Origin: Methanotrichaceae archaeon
GTDB lineage: Archaea > Halobacteriota > Methanosarcinia > Methanotrichales > Methanotrichaceae
Reading direction: 5' to 3'
Length of the DNA: 64,000 nucleotides
NCBI GenBank assembly: GCA_963748825.1
Contig: CAVVKN010000012.1
Coordinates: forward strand, 64,001 to 128,000
Part shown: in pieces, positions 24,125 through 34,496 of the stretch
Layout: each line of letters begins with the position of its first letter
Numbering within the stretch: position 1 is the first letter of the stretch
Translations under genes and position numbers: made by a program
Notes under the pieces: model-generated
Told to the model about the DNA's origin: nothing
The model's database searches: none
What the model saw: the letters and a program-made list of their open reading frames with translations, nothing else

Positions 24125-24631
24125 CTAGGCAAAGGGATGCTTCGCAGAGTCCTTCTTGGCCAGTACTTCCGATACATTGGGATTCTTAGCAGCGGCACGC
24201 TCGATGGCCAGCTTTGTAGCCTGATAGTTATATTCGTAGATCTTTTTCTTGTCTTTTGCATCCCATTCTAAGAACACGGATACGATTATCATCAGCTCCT
24301 CTGCCAACTCCTGGGGCAGGGTCCCTTCCGCCACACAGTCCATTACCGCCTTGGCTACAGCAGCCTGGGCGGGGCCGAACATGAGTATGGCCTGCCCGGC
24401 GTCTTTGATGGTAACCTTGTTTACCATAAGGGTGAAGGGCTTGGCGGGCAGGTTGGGCTCTAAGACCGCCAGCAAGGGAGTATGCCCCTTCGCGGGCGAG
24501 GCCAGGGCACTGACAAATGCCTGCTCTACATAGCTGCCTTTGGGCCCAATTACGAGATCGATATGGGCGATCTCCGGCCCCTCTCCCACCAATGCTTCTC
24601 CGATCAGTACTCTATCAAAAGGTTGCATCAT
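24125..24631 (-). CDS. fae: Formaldehyde-activating enzyme, stand-alone
   Basis: GEALVGEG.E.AHIDL.IGPK, GHTPLLAV, MFGPAQAAVAKAV, C-terminal HPF. Confidence 0.93.
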   Translation of the reverse strand: MMQPFDRVLIGEALVGEGPEIAHIDLVIGPKGSYVEQAFVSALASPAKGHTPLLAVLEPNLPAKPFTLMVNKVTIKDAGQAILMFGPAQAAVAKAVMDCVAEGTLPQELAEELMIIVSVFLEWDAKDKKKIYEYNYQATKLAIERAAAKNPNVSEVLAKKDSAKHPFA

Positions 24632-24762
24632 ACATACAACATAAGATCTGTATTCATATAAATTTGTACTCTATGCTCTCATGAAAATCTAGCCTTTCCG
24701 CATTTGCATCAAATCCATCTCGCCAAAAAATATATCATCATAATGAGCTGCAAGATAAGGCA

Positions 24763-25308
24763 ATGCGAATACTTGTAGTCAACAACTATGGACAGTTCAA
24801 TCACCTCATACGGCGCGCCATCCGGGAAAAGGTGGAGACGGACCTCATCTCCAACCAGACGCCTCCGGAGAAGATCGACGCTAACGGCCTCATTTTGGGG
24901 GGAGGGCCATCGCTGGAGCGCGCCGGGCGCTGCGCGGATTATCTGCGTGATCTGGATATCCCCATTCTGGGTATTTGCCTGGGCATGCAGCTCATGGGCA
25001 CCACCTTTGGCGGAAAAGTGGTGCCTGGCAGCATGGGAGGCTACGCGGAGGTGGATGTGCAGGTTCTCAGGGAAGACGACATACTAAAGGGCCTGCCGCC
25101 CAAGTTCAAGACCTGGGCCTCGCACATGGATCAGGTGTCGGAGCTTCCGGTGGGTTTTGAGATTCTGGCCAGGTCGAACGTCTGCGAGATCGAGGCCATG
25201 AAGCACCTGACCCGGCCGTTATACGGCGTGCAGTGGCATCCCGAGGTTGTTCATACCGAGTACGGCCCGGAGCTTTTAGATAATTTCATCGCCCTGTGCA
25301 AGAGATGA
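24763..25308 (+). CDS. guaAA: GMP synthase glutamine amidotransferase subunit A
   Basis: NYGQFNHLI.R, GICLG.Q, WASH.D, GVQWHPEV.HT. Confidence 0.93.
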   Translation: MRILVVNNYGQFNHLIRRAIREKVETDLISNQTPPEKIDANGLILGGGPSLERAGRCADYLRDLDIPILGICLGMQLMGTTFGGKVVPGSMGGYAEVDVQVLREDDILKGLPPKFKTWASHMDQVSELPVGFEILARSNVCEIEAMKHLTRPLYGVQWHPEVVHTEYGPELLDNFIALCKR

Positions 25309-25326
25309 ACGAAAAAGGCGACCCGC

Positions 25327-26061
25327 GTGAAGAGAGAAGATCAAGAAGATAGGATTTCTGAGCTGAATGAGTTTTTCTTGGCAGCGAAAAAGCTCTCCCC
25401 GATAAAGCTGGCCGCTCGGATACAGGAGTTCGGATTTCACTGCCTGCAATGCGGGGAATGCTGCCGGGGAGAAGACAACAGCGTGGTCGCCTTTCCTCGG
25501 GAGATAAGATGCATCCTGATAGCAACGGGCCTGCAGTGGCTGGAAGTTGTGGGCCCGCCGGAGGAGGGTGAGTGGGACAAAGACGGCTGCTTTCATACCC
25601 TGGAGTGGAGGCTGAAAAAAGATGGCGGATCCTGCCGGTTTTATCAAAATGGCCGCTGCTCTGTCTATCGTGCCCGGCCCATGCTCTGCCGCACCTACCC
25701 CTTCTATTTAGATAACGGCGAATTGATGTGCTCGGAGTGCCGGGGGCTGGGGGGCAAGATGGAATCCGACGAAGCGGAGAAATTGGCTGAGCAGCTCATT
25801 TTGCGCTATCTCTTCGAGATCCAGGAGGCCATCGCCCTGCTGGAAAAATATCGGGACTTCGAGAGAGGTGAGGCCGGGAAGAGCGGCGAGTGCATCGTGC
25901 ACGATAGCGAGGGGGAACACAGGATCGTAGGCGGAGAGCTGCTTAGTTTCCAGCAATTGAGAGATGAGAACGCTCGATTGAATGGAGAGAAGGGCAAGCC
26001 GAAAATCGCACCAAATGTTCCTCCACGTAAGCCAAGACCCCCGTTCTGTAGAGAAGTCTAA
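25327..26061 (+). CDS. YkgJ-family Cys-cluster protein
   Basis: FHC.QCGECC, C.FY...CSVY..RP..CR.YPF. Confidence 0.85.
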   Translation: MKREDQEDRISELNEFFLAAKKLSPIKLAARIQEFGFHCLQCGECCRGEDNSVVAFPREIRCILIATGLQWLEVVGPPEEGEWDKDGCFHTLEWRLKKDGGSCRFYQNGRCSVYRARPMLCRTYPFYLDNGELMCSECRGLGGKMESDEAEKLAEQLILRYLFEIQEAIALLEKYRDFERGEAGKSGECIVHDSEGEHRIVGGELLSFQQLRDENARLNGEKGKPKIAPNVPPRKPRPPFCREV

Positions 26062-26110
26062 ACAGTGGTCTAAAGACTCGAAGAATCCCAAGATCGAGAC
26101 AACCTTGATC

Positions 26111-26914
26111 TCACAGCCCCCCATACTTTCTCACGTGCTCCCAGGCTTTGTGCTCCTCCGGGAACCGATCCTTTCGGGAGTAGATGGAAGCATCCTCCCG
26201 CCCGTACAGTTTCCTGTCCTCGCCCACCGGGCAGACCTTGATGCATATCCCGCAGGGCGAGATTCCCCGCTGGTTCAGCTCGGCGCTGTGAGCGGTGCAG
26301 CTCTTCTTGTCCGTGAGCCCTTGCGGATAGTCCTTCTCGTCCAGAGCCTGCGCCGGGCACATCTTGACGCAGCGCATACAGCGGGTGCACAGCTCCTCAT
26401 GTAAGAGCGGATCGGACGGGAGCTCCGCTGCTGTAAAAACAGAGCCGAAACGCACGCGGGGGCCAAATTGGGACGTGAGCAGCATATTGTTTGTCCCGAA
26501 ATTGCCCAGGCCCGCCAGCAGGGCAGCGTGCCGGTGGGAGAAGAAAGCCACCGGATTTTTCAGCAGGGCCTTGATGCCGAAGTATCCGTCCCGGGGAACG
26601 AAGACGGAAGGGTGGCCTTTTTCATTCAGAAAATTGGCCAGGCGGTAGGTGTATTGGTCCAGGAGAGCATTCACGGTGTTGTACAGCTCCCTGTAGTAAA
26701 TTGATGGCGAGGTTTCCAGCACGGGCAGGCTGACGGGCAGACCAATAACGATCACCGATTTGGCCTGGGGGAATATGGACTGAGGATAAAACTCCTCCGC
26801 CATCCAGGGCTGAAAGGGTGGGTCCTTCCAGCGCTCTACATTCGCCACTCCCACCAGGGGTATCTCCATCTTCTTGCATCTTTTACGGACCGCTCGTAGC
26901 AACTCCTCACTCAT
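26111..26914 (-). CDS. Epoxyqueuosine reductase (QueG)-like Fe-S protein
   Basis: SHRHAA.LAGLG.FG.N, FGPRVRF, CxxCxxCxxxCP and CGICIKVCP. Confidence 0.8.
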   Translation of the reverse strand: MSEELLRAVRKRCKKMEIPLVGVANVERWKDPPFQPWMAEEFYPQSIFPQAKSVIVIGLPVSLPVLETSPSIYYRELYNTVNALLDQYTYRLANFLNEKGHPSVFVPRDGYFGIKALLKNPVAFFSHRHAALLAGLGNFGTNNMLLTSQFGPRVRFGSVFTAAELPSDPLLHEELCTRCMRCVKMCPAQALDEKDYPQGLTDKKSCTAHSAELNQRGISPCGICIKVCPVGEDRKLYGREDASIYSRKDRFPEEHKAWEHVRKYGGL

Positions 26915-27364
26915 GGAGATACTTTATTGCAATCAATGGATAAAAGGCTCTGCACGAGTTGCACTGATGCGCTACAGCTTGCTTTTCCGGGGCTTCAGGA
27001 TCATTGTCGTTATAAGTATAGTATATCGACCATTCATATGCTATATGGGATGTAGCAAATGGGAGTGAGTGGTCCAAAACAACGATTCTTGAATGTGTCA
27101 TATCCAAATGAGCAGGCGTACTCAACTTGATGCGGAAGGAAAAGCAACGAAACTAATTTTAGCAAGAGGAAGGCCTTGACATTTCAGCCTACTAGATGTT
27201 AGCGGCCCTTTTGTGAATTTTTCACAATAAATCATATATATCAGGCTTGTACTAATGCGAAACAAAAAGCGAGATTCAACTGGCGCTAAAGGTGCCTCTC
27301 CAAGCTTTAACGGAACCCAAGATCATGCCATCTTCGGCTTTGCTGATGAAGACGGGAGGAGATT

Positions 27365-27601
27365 ATGATGTCAGAATCAACAGAAAAAGGAACAAGCAAA
27401 GTGAAAGTAGCTGTAAGGAGCACCTTCCTTGCGCAATCCTGCGGTGCTGTTGACGAACGAGAATGCAGTATGATAAAACATCTAATCCTGGCTGAAACGC
27501 GAAGATCAAATGCGCCTGCCTGGGTGGCGGAAGAGCTGGACAAAATGCTCAATTGTCCCGCATGCAGAGGCTCGCATCTATTCCTTGATCAGAGACAATG
27601 A
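27365..27601 (+). CDS. Small Cys-containing hypothetical protein upstream of the nuoEF-like operon
   Basis: GGGAGGA ribosome-binding site; 78 aa with CPAC. Confidence 0.5.
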   Translation: MMSESTEKGTSKVKVAVRSTFLAQSCGAVDERECSMIKHLILAETRRSNAPAWVAEELDKMLNCPACRGSHLFLDQRQ

Positions 27602-27680
27602 GAACTCTATTAGGAATACGGGGGAATTATTGGAAGAGGGGCAGAGAGAACCCCTAAGAAAAGCCCAGGGAGGTGGCATT

Positions 27681-28148
27681 ATGAACGATGCTGACAAGGA
27701 AAAGCTGAATAATATAATAAAAAAATATAATGGAAAAGAAGGATTCTTGATCCAGTTGCTCTTAGATCTGCAAAGCGAGTTGCATTGGATCTCCAAAGAA
27801 GCCATCGGGGAGCTTTCCCAGAGGCTTAAGATTCCAGCAAGCCAGATATTCAGAGTGGCGAGCTTCTACAAAGCGATGAATCTCTCTCCCGTAGGCCGGC
27901 ATAAAGTATGCGTTTGCATGGGAACCGCCTGCCAGGTGCGAGGCGCTCAGAGATTGCTGGATGCAACACAGTCAAAATTGGGGATAAAACCGGGACAGAC
28001 TACGCCGGACAATAGCTTCACTCTAGATAGGGTCAACTGCCTGGGATGCTGCGCCATCGGCCCGGTAATTGTAGTAGATAATGATTATTATGGCCGGGTG
28101 GACTCCAAGAGGGTAGAGAAGATATTGGGCAAGCTTGCACTCGAATAG
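27681..28148 (+). CDS. NuoE/HydC-like [2Fe-2S] subunit
   Basis: VASFY, VCMGTAC.VRG, CLGCC..GP; GGAGG before ATG 27681. Confidence 0.92.
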   Translation: MNDADKEKLNNIIKKYNGKEGFLIQLLLDLQSELHWISKEAIGELSQRLKIPASQIFRVASFYKAMNLSPVGRHKVCVCMGTACQVRGAQRLLDATQSKLGIKPGQTTPDNSFTLDRVNCLGCCAIGPVIVVDNDYYGRVDSKRVEKILGKLALE

Positions 28149-28186
28149 TCAATATCAGTCAGTGATTAGAAAAAAATGGGGAAGAG

Positions 28187-30097
28187 ATGGCAAGACTTAC
28201 ATCAATTCAGGATCTGGAGATCTTGAGAGATGAGATCACGTGCACGAGAGATCCCAAGAAAAAAATTGTGGCAATCTGTGCCGGTACCGGCTGCCAAGGC
28301 CTTGGCGCGGGAAAGGTCGTCAGCGCCTTTAAAAGCGAGGTTGAGAAGAGGGGTCTGCATAGAGAGATCAGCATCAAGGAGACGGGGTGTCCCGGCTTTT
28401 GCGAAAAAGGGACTCTCGTGGTTGTATATCCGCAGGGAATCTATTACATGGGCGTCCAGCCGGATGACGTTCCGGAGATCGTGGAGGAGACCATTCTCAA
28501 AGGCGAGCTGGTAGAACGCCTTCTTTATACAGATCCTGCAACCGGGCTAAAGGCAATACTGGAAGATGATATCCCGTTTTATAATCATCAGATGAGACTT
28601 CTAATAAAAAATAATATAAAAATAAATCCTAGAAATATATACGACTACATCGCCCTGGGTGGCTATGCCGCTCTAGCTCGCGCCTTATCACAGATGACTT
28701 CTCAAGAGGTAATTGATGAGATAAAAAAGTCAGGCCTCAGAGGGAGGGGTGGAGGCGGATTTCCCACCGGGAAAAAATGGGAATCGACAGCGGGAGCGTT
28801 CGGAGACCCCAAATATGTGATCGTCAATTGCGATGAGGGAGACCCGGGTGCCTTCATGGATCGTGCCCTCATGGAAGGCAATCCGCACAGCGTTTTGGAG
28901 GGGCTGATAATTGGAGCCTATGCGGTTGGAGCGCATAGCGGCTACATCTACGTGCGCATGGAGTATCCTCTGGCCGTGGAAAATGCAAAATTCGCCCTGC
29001 ATCAGGCCCGGGAGCTGGGCCTTCTTGGGAAGAACATACTTGGCAGCGGATTTGATTTCGATGTAACCGTGCATAGAGGTGCGGGTGCCTTTGTCTCTGG
29101 AGAGTCAACCGCTCTCATGAACGCCCTGGAGGGCAAAGTGGGCGAGCCCCGGCCCAAATATGTCCATACCTCTGAGTGCGGGGTCTGGAATCGACCCAGC
29201 CTGCTCAACAATGTGGAGACCTGGGCCAATATCCCTCTCATCATCAACCGGGGAGCCGAATGGTTTTCCTCCATTGGAACGGAAAGAAGCAAGGGAACCA
29301 AGATCTTCTCACTGGTAGGAAAGGTCAACAATACCGGTCTGGTGGAAGTTCCCATGGGCATGAGCCTGGCCGACATAGTTTACAAGATAGGAGGTGGAAT
29401 TCCTGGTGGAAAAAAGCTCAAAGGAGTGCAGACGGGAGGTCCCTCCGGTGGAATAATTCCTGCCCGGCATTTGCAGACGCCGGTTGACTTCGACGAGCTT
29501 ACGAGCCTTGGTTCCATGATGGGCTCAGGCAGCATAATTGTTATAGACGAGGATACTTGCGTCGTAGATTTGGCTCGCTACTTTGTGGACTTTCTCTGCG
29601 ATGAGTCCTGCGGCAAGTGCCTGCCTTGCCGGGAGGGCCTGAAACAAATGCGAGAGATATTAGACGGCATTGTTTCCGGCAAAGGGCATGAGGGAGATCT
29701 GCGAATTCTCAAAGAGATAGCAGAGCTGATGAAAAATGCGTCGCTGTGTGCATTGGGTCGGACGGCAGTAAATCCAGTTTTAAGCACAATTGCCCACTTT
29801 CCAGATGAATATGCTGCCCATATAATTGAGAAAAGGTGCCCCTCTCTGGCCTGCAAAGCCCTTGTTTCATATTTCATAGAGCCAGAGATCTGTATAGGGT
29901 GCGGTCTGTGCCAGAAGAACTGTCCCCAAGGAGCCATCGAGGGAGAGGAGGACAGCATCAGCGTCATAGATCAGTCCCGCTGCACTCGATGCGGCATTTG
30001 CTTTGAGGTATGTCCACCTAAGGTGAGGGCTGTCAAGAAGGTCTCCCGAGGACTTTCTCATTCTGCTGAGAGACTCAAGAGAGGTGAGAAGGCATGA
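28187..30097 (+). CDS. NuoF/HydB-like FMN/NAD(P)H-binding subunit with N-terminal [2Fe-2S] and C-terminal 2x[4Fe-4S]
   Basis: GLRGRGGGGFPTG.KW, NCDEGDPGAFMDR, ESCGKC.PCREG, two ferredoxin motifs. Confidence 0.93.
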   Translation: MARLTSIQDLEILRDEITCTRDPKKKIVAICAGTGCQGLGAGKVVSAFKSEVEKRGLHREISIKETGCPGFCEKGTLVVVYPQGIYYMGVQPDDVPEIVEETILKGELVERLLYTDPATGLKAILEDDIPFYNHQMRLLIKNNIKINPRNIYDYIALGGYAALARALSQMTSQEVIDEIKKSGLRGRGGGGFPTGKKWESTAGAFGDPKYVIVNCDEGDPGAFMDRALMEGNPHSVLEGLIIGAYAVGAHSGYIYVRMEYPLAVENAKFALHQARELGLLGKNILGSGFDFDVTVHRGAGAFVSGESTALMNALEGKVGEPRPKYVHTSECGVWNRPSLLNNVETWANIPLIINRGAEWFSSIGTERSKGTKIFSLVGKVNNTGLVEVPMGMSLADIVYKIGGGIPGGKKLKGVQTGGPSGGIIPARHLQTPVDFDELTSLGSMMGSGSIIVIDEDTCVVDLARYFVDFLCDESCGKCLPCREGLKQMREILDGIVSGKGHEGDLRILKEIAELMKNASLCALGRTAVNPVLSTIAHFPDEYAAHIIEKRCPSLACKALVSYFIEPEICIGCGLCQKNCPQGAIEGEEDSISVIDQSRCTRCGICFEVCPPKVRAVKKVSRGLSHSAERLKRGEKA

Positions 30098-31575
30098 TCA
30101 AGTTGAAGATCAAGATCGACGGTCGTGAGATTGAAACCGATGCCAAGAGCTGCCCGGCCACGATACTGGAGGCAGCAAGGCTGGCCGGCATCCATATTCC
30201 TACATTATGCCATCATCCTTCTCTCGGACCCTATGGATCTTGCCGGCTGTGTACGGTGCAGATCGAAAAAAATGGCCGGAAAAAGTTTGTCACCGCCTGC
30301 AACTATCCGGTAGAGGAGGGACTTGTCGTAAATACTCGCTCACCGGAGGTTTTAGACATTCGCAAGATGATCTTAGAGCTTCTCATAGCCCGATGCCCCC
30401 AGGAGAAGAAGTTGCTGGAGCTGGCCGGAGAATATGGGATTTTCAAGCCTCGCTTTATGCTGGAGGATAAAAATTGCATCCTCTGCGGATTGTGCCACCG
30501 GGTCTGCGAGGAGCTGGTGGGTGTATCGGCTATAAGTGCTCAGAATCGAGGAGTTACCAGGGATGTGGATACGCCCTACGGGGAATTATCGGAAGACTGC
30601 ATCGGATGCGGTGCATGTGCTCTGGTATGTCCCACAAAGTCCATATTGGAAAGAAAAAACATCTACCCACTGTCCTCTGCCGATATCAAAGATATGGAAG
30701 AGGAATTTCTCAGTGGAACTATTGATGACGATCTGGGAGTCAATAGGGAAATATTTGCCGGCAGGAGCAGCATAGAGGGACAGGATGGAGGGATGGTAAC
30801 CTCAATTCTCCAACAAGGAATTGAAACAGGGCTGCTGGATGCGGCTGTGGTTGCTCAAAAAGATACGAGCTTGGGAGCAAAAGCAACTCTAGTTGACGAA
30901 ACTGATCTGATTTTGCAGGCCAGGGGGACGAAGTATGTGCGGGTGTCTGTTATCGCCCCGCTTATGGATGCCTTGAACAGCGGCAAAAGGAGAATTGCCG
31001 TTGTCGGCACGCCCTGTCAGATCCGAGTGGTTAGAAAATTGCAGATGCAGGGATATTTTAATGAAAAATTTCCTGATGCTGAGATATTTCTCATAGGCCT
31101 CTTCTGTTTCGAAAGCTTCGATTATGAATCTCTCAAGAGTCACATCCGAGAGCTTTTCGGCATAAATCTTGATAGTGCCGAAAGGGTCCAGATCGCCAGA
31201 GGAAAATTCATAGTGGCAATAGACGGCAAAGAGCACTCCTGCCGTGTGCGGGAGCTTGAACGCGAGGTGAGGTCAGGCTGCGGATTTTGTGATGATCTGG
31301 TCAGCCGGCTGGCGGACATATCCGTAGGTTCGATTGGAAGCCCGGATGGATACTCCACGGTGATAGTCAGATCAGAGAGAGGGGAAAAGCTGCTGGAAGC
31401 GGCGGTGTTTAGTCGAAGAGAGATAAACAGGGATGAGATCGTTAAGCTGGCTGGATTTAAAAAGAAAAATGCAGATAAAAATTTTGCCGGGATTGTGGCA
31501 GGGCTGCCGGAACGATTTGAGACGGAGAAGAGGGAATATGCTCCTGTTTACAGCAATTTGGGCATTTCATCCTGA
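30094..31575 (+). CDS. Fusion of a NuoG/HydA N-terminal Fe-S region with an FrhB/FdhB F420-binding domain
   Basis: IPTLC.H..L...GSCRLC.V and CILCGLC.RVC, followed by GQDGG.VT, GTKY, VGTPCQ, IGLFC.E.F, C.FC.D...ADISVG..GSPDG.STVIVR. Confidence 0.88.
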   Translation: MIKLKIKIDGREIETDAKSCPATILEAARLAGIHIPTLCHHPSLGPYGSCRLCTVQIEKNGRKKFVTACNYPVEEGLVVNTRSPEVLDIRKMILELLIARCPQEKKLLELAGEYGIFKPRFMLEDKNCILCGLCHRVCEELVGVSAISAQNRGVTRDVDTPYGELSEDCIGCGACALVCPTKSILERKNIYPLSSADIKDMEEEFLSGTIDDDLGVNREIFAGRSSIEGQDGGMVTSILQQGIETGLLDAAVVAQKDTSLGAKATLVDETDLILQARGTKYVRVSVIAPLMDALNSGKRRIAVVGTPCQIRVVRKLQMQGYFNEKFPDAEIFLIGLFCFESFDYESLKSHIRELFGINLDSAERVQIARGKFIVAIDGKEHSCRVRELEREVRSGCGFCDDLVSRLADISVGSIGSPDGYSTVIVRSERGEKLLEAAVFSRREINRDEIVKLAGFKKKNADKNFAGIVAGLPERFETEKREYAPVYSNLGISS

Positions 31576-31625
31576 ATCTCATTTCGCTCGAAAGATCTAT
31601 ACAGGAACAGGACCAACCCCTTCGC

Positions 31626-31937
31626 ATGGATTACACACTCAAACGAGGCTTCAAGCCCGATTTAGAGCGAATTCAAAAGGCACTGGAAGAGGAGTTTCCG
31701 ACAGAGATAAAGCAAGAGGACGGCAAGCTTCTTCTCAGCTATGGAGCTCTTAAAAGCATCTGTGTGTCGATCACCGGCAAGAAGCTCACTGTGACCACAG
31801 AGTCGGTAATAGGCGCGGACGATGTTGTTGCCATGGATACCAACAAACGCTTTAGAAATTTCCTGGAAAAAGCCACAGGTTACAACGCCAAGCAGAGACT
31901 GCAGATGGCCAAAAAAGAGGTAACCAAAGGAGCCTGA
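31626..31937 (+). CDS. Conserved archaeal hypothetical protein (DUF5611-like)
   Basis: MDY.LKRG.KP, SYGAL, FLE.ATGY.AK.R pattern. Confidence 0.7.
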   Translation: MDYTLKRGFKPDLERIQKALEEEFPTEIKQEDGKLLLSYGALKSICVSITGKKLTVTTESVIGADDVVAMDTNKRFRNFLEKATGYNAKQRLQMAKKEVTKGA

Positions 31938-31951
31938 TTGAAATTTCAATT

Positions 31952-33061
31952 TCAGTATAAAGTCAGCTTGCCTTTGACAAACTGCTCCACCAGGGCGTCC
32001 GTGCTCTCCAGCCAGAAGTCCAGGATGGCATCGACCTTCGACTCCATTGCGGGAGTTATGGTCAGGTCGCCTGAGATCTGCACGCCGCGCAGGAGCGGCT
32101 GGCTGATGGGCGAGCCGATCTTGCTCACCAAGGTAACATAGGCCTCCTCCACTCCTTCCAGCTCCGCGATCTCGGATGCAGCTTTTTGCGCCAGCACGTT
32201 GTAGATCTTGCCCACGTGGCTGACGGGATTTTTTCCGGCTATGGCTTCCATGGTCATGGGCCGCATGGGCGTGATCAGGCCGTTGCCGCGATTGCCCCGG
32301 CCCGTGGCTCCGTCGTCTCCCATCTCAATGGAGGTGCCGGTAACTGTCAGGTAGATGTTCTCCCCGGCATCAGCACAGTTCACATAGACCTCTAAATCCC
32401 CGGCACCTTGGGCCTTTCTCGTAACTGCCTCCTGGACGCGAGACTTGGCCTCATCGTACTCTTCTCGCGAATTGATGAATCGGTCGACCATGGCTGCGGC
32501 CACTACCAGGGTCAGCTTGTCTCCTACGCGTACCGCCATGAGCTTGGTGTCCTCTCCCACGCCCGGCACGCTTCTCACAACCTCCTCCAGATCCAGGATG
32601 AGCTGTTCGGTCTCGCTCAGCGGTGCATATCCTACTCCGATGGAGGTGTCATTTGCTCCCCGACCAATGAGGCTTCGTAGCTCCGGGGCTCCCTCTTCCA
32701 CGCGCGGCTCGACCTCGAATTGCAGCAGATTTTTTACAGTTTTATGAAAGTGTGATGCTGTAGCATTCTCAATGATCTCGCGGATCGGCTTTCCGGAGGG
32801 CTTGCTGGCCCGGCCGCCCACGACCACAGAAGGGGGCTTTATAATCGCGCCTCCTGCAAAGCGCGGCGCGCTCTTGCCGGCAATGATCAGGACCTTGTCA
32901 ACATTGTGGTGCAGGATCTGGCCGAACTCGTCCAGATAAAACTCACAGAGAGAGCGGGAGATGGCCTCGGAGATGCCGTCTGCCAGGGTATCCGGGTGGC
33001 CCAGGCCCTTTCTCTCCACTACCTCGAAGGGAGGAGGATTGTGCTTATTCAGGATGATCAT
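31952..33061 (-). CDS. mat: Archaeal S-adenosylmethionine synthetase
   Basis: [53 protein letters not shown]. Confidence 0.95.
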   Translation of the reverse strand: MIILNKHNPPPFEVVERKGLGHPDTLADGISEAISRSLCEFYLDEFGQILHHNVDKVLIIAGKSAPRFAGGAIIKPPSVVVGGRASKPSGKPIREIIENATASHFHKTVKNLLQFEVEPRVEEGAPELRSLIGRGANDTSIGVGYAPLSETEQLILDLEEVVRSVPGVGEDTKLMAVRVGDKLTLVVAAAMVDRFINSREEYDEAKSRVQEAVTRKAQGAGDLEVYVNCADAGENIYLTVTGTSIEMGDDGATGRGNRGNGLITPMRPMTMEAIAGKNPVSHVGKIYNVLAQKAASEIAELEGVEEAYVTLVSKIGSPISQPLLRGVQISGDLTITPAMESKVDAILDFWLESTDALVEQFVKGKLTLY

Positions 33062-33168
33062 AAAAACCACAGGATATAATATGATTAATACTTTTCGAAG
33101 ATACAAAATTTTTCAATTTCTGCCTCATGCATGAATTTATAAGCTTGAAAAACTCAGGCCTTCTTTAT

Positions 33169-34404
33169 ATGAGTGAAACATCGGCCATTTCCGGTCAAGA
33201 GACCATTCAGGAGTCCTTCGTAAAGAGGATAAGCGCTCTGCAGTCCGACAACAAGAGCCTCGCCGAAGAGCTGGAGACAACCAGGATGGAGAGGGAAGAG
33301 GTAAGAGCAAAGCTCTTCGAGTCCCTCATTGCCAATAAGAAGTATCTGCGAGAGGTTGAGCGGCTGAAGAAAGAGAATATCCTCCTCAAGAGGATGCCGC
33401 TGTTCCTGGCAACGGTTGTGGAGATGGGGTCGGACTATGTCCTGCTCAGGCAACACGGCAATAATCAGGAGTTCATCACTACTGTTCCACCAGAACTGAT
33501 GGGGATAATCCAGACAAACTCTCGTGTGGCCATAAACAACTCTCTGACCATCGTTCGGGTCCTGGACCGTTCTGTGGATGTCCGGGCCAAAGTAATGGAG
33601 CTGGTAGAGGCCCCCGATGTGTCCTACGAACAGGTGGGTGGTCTGGAAAGCCAGATTCAAGAGATCAGGGAGACCGTGGAGCTGCCGCTCACTAATCCTG
33701 CTATCTTCAAGGAGATCGGCATAGAGCCGCCCAGAGGCGTCCTGCTCTACGGCTTGCCGGGAACGGGCAAGACCATGCTCGCCAAGGCTGTAGCTCACGA
33801 ATCCAGGGCTACTTTCATACACATGTCCGGCTCGGAGCTGGTGCATAAGTTCATAGGGGAGGGCGCGCAGCTCGTTCGCGATATCTTCCAGATGGCGCGC
33901 GAGAAGGCCCCCAGCATCATATTCATCGATGAGATCGACGCGGTGGGAAGCATACGAACCCATGACGGCACCACGGGAAGCGCCGAGGTCAACCGCACTA
34001 TGATGCAGCTCTTGGCGGAGATGGACGGATTTAGGACCAGGGGAGACATCAAGATCATCGCGGCCACGAATAGAATCGATATTCTGGATCCTGCGCTGCT
34101 GCGGCCAGGTCGCTTTGACAGGATCATTGAGATTCCCATGCCTTCAGCGGATGGAAGGCTCAAGATCCTGGAGATCCATTCCAAGAAGATGAAGAAGGAT
34201 GAGGACGTGGATCTGATGGAGATTGTCAAAGTCACAGAGGAAGCGAGCGGTGCCGATCTCAATGCCGTTGTGGTTGAGGCTGGCATGAATGCTCTGCGTA
34301 GAGGCGCATCTTCGGTTGGCAAGAGCGATTTCGAGGTGGCAATCAGAAAGGTGCTCGGGGATGAGGTTGAAGGATCGGAAGAAGCCCTGAGGATGTTCTC
34401 TTAG
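33169..34404 (+). CDS. pan: Proteasome-activating nucleotidase
   Basis: Coiled coil plus AAA+ domain (G.PGTGKT, FIDEIDA, ATNR.D.LDPALLRPGRFDR). Confidence 0.93.
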   Translation: MSETSAISGQETIQESFVKRISALQSDNKSLAEELETTRMEREEVRAKLFESLIANKKYLREVERLKKENILLKRMPLFLATVVEMGSDYVLLRQHGNNQEFITTVPPELMGIIQTNSRVAINNSLTIVRVLDRSVDVRAKVMELVEAPDVSYEQVGGLESQIQEIRETVELPLTNPAIFKEIGIEPPRGVLLYGLPGTGKTMLAKAVAHESRATFIHMSGSELVHKFIGEGAQLVRDIFQMAREKAPSIIFIDEIDAVGSIRTHDGTTGSAEVNRTMMQLLAEMDGFRTRGDIKIIAATNRIDILDPALLRPGRFDRIIEIPMPSADGRLKILEIHSKKMKKDEDVDLMEIVKVTEEASGADLNAVVVEAGMNALRRGASSVGKSDFEVAIRKVLGDEVEGSEEALRMFS

Positions 34405-34496
34405 GCGGCAAAGCCGCAACTATTTTTATCTGATCTTGACGCTTTGGCATTTCTGGATTTGGCTTAGCCAAGCGCAATAATGAGGCTGACGAGAAT

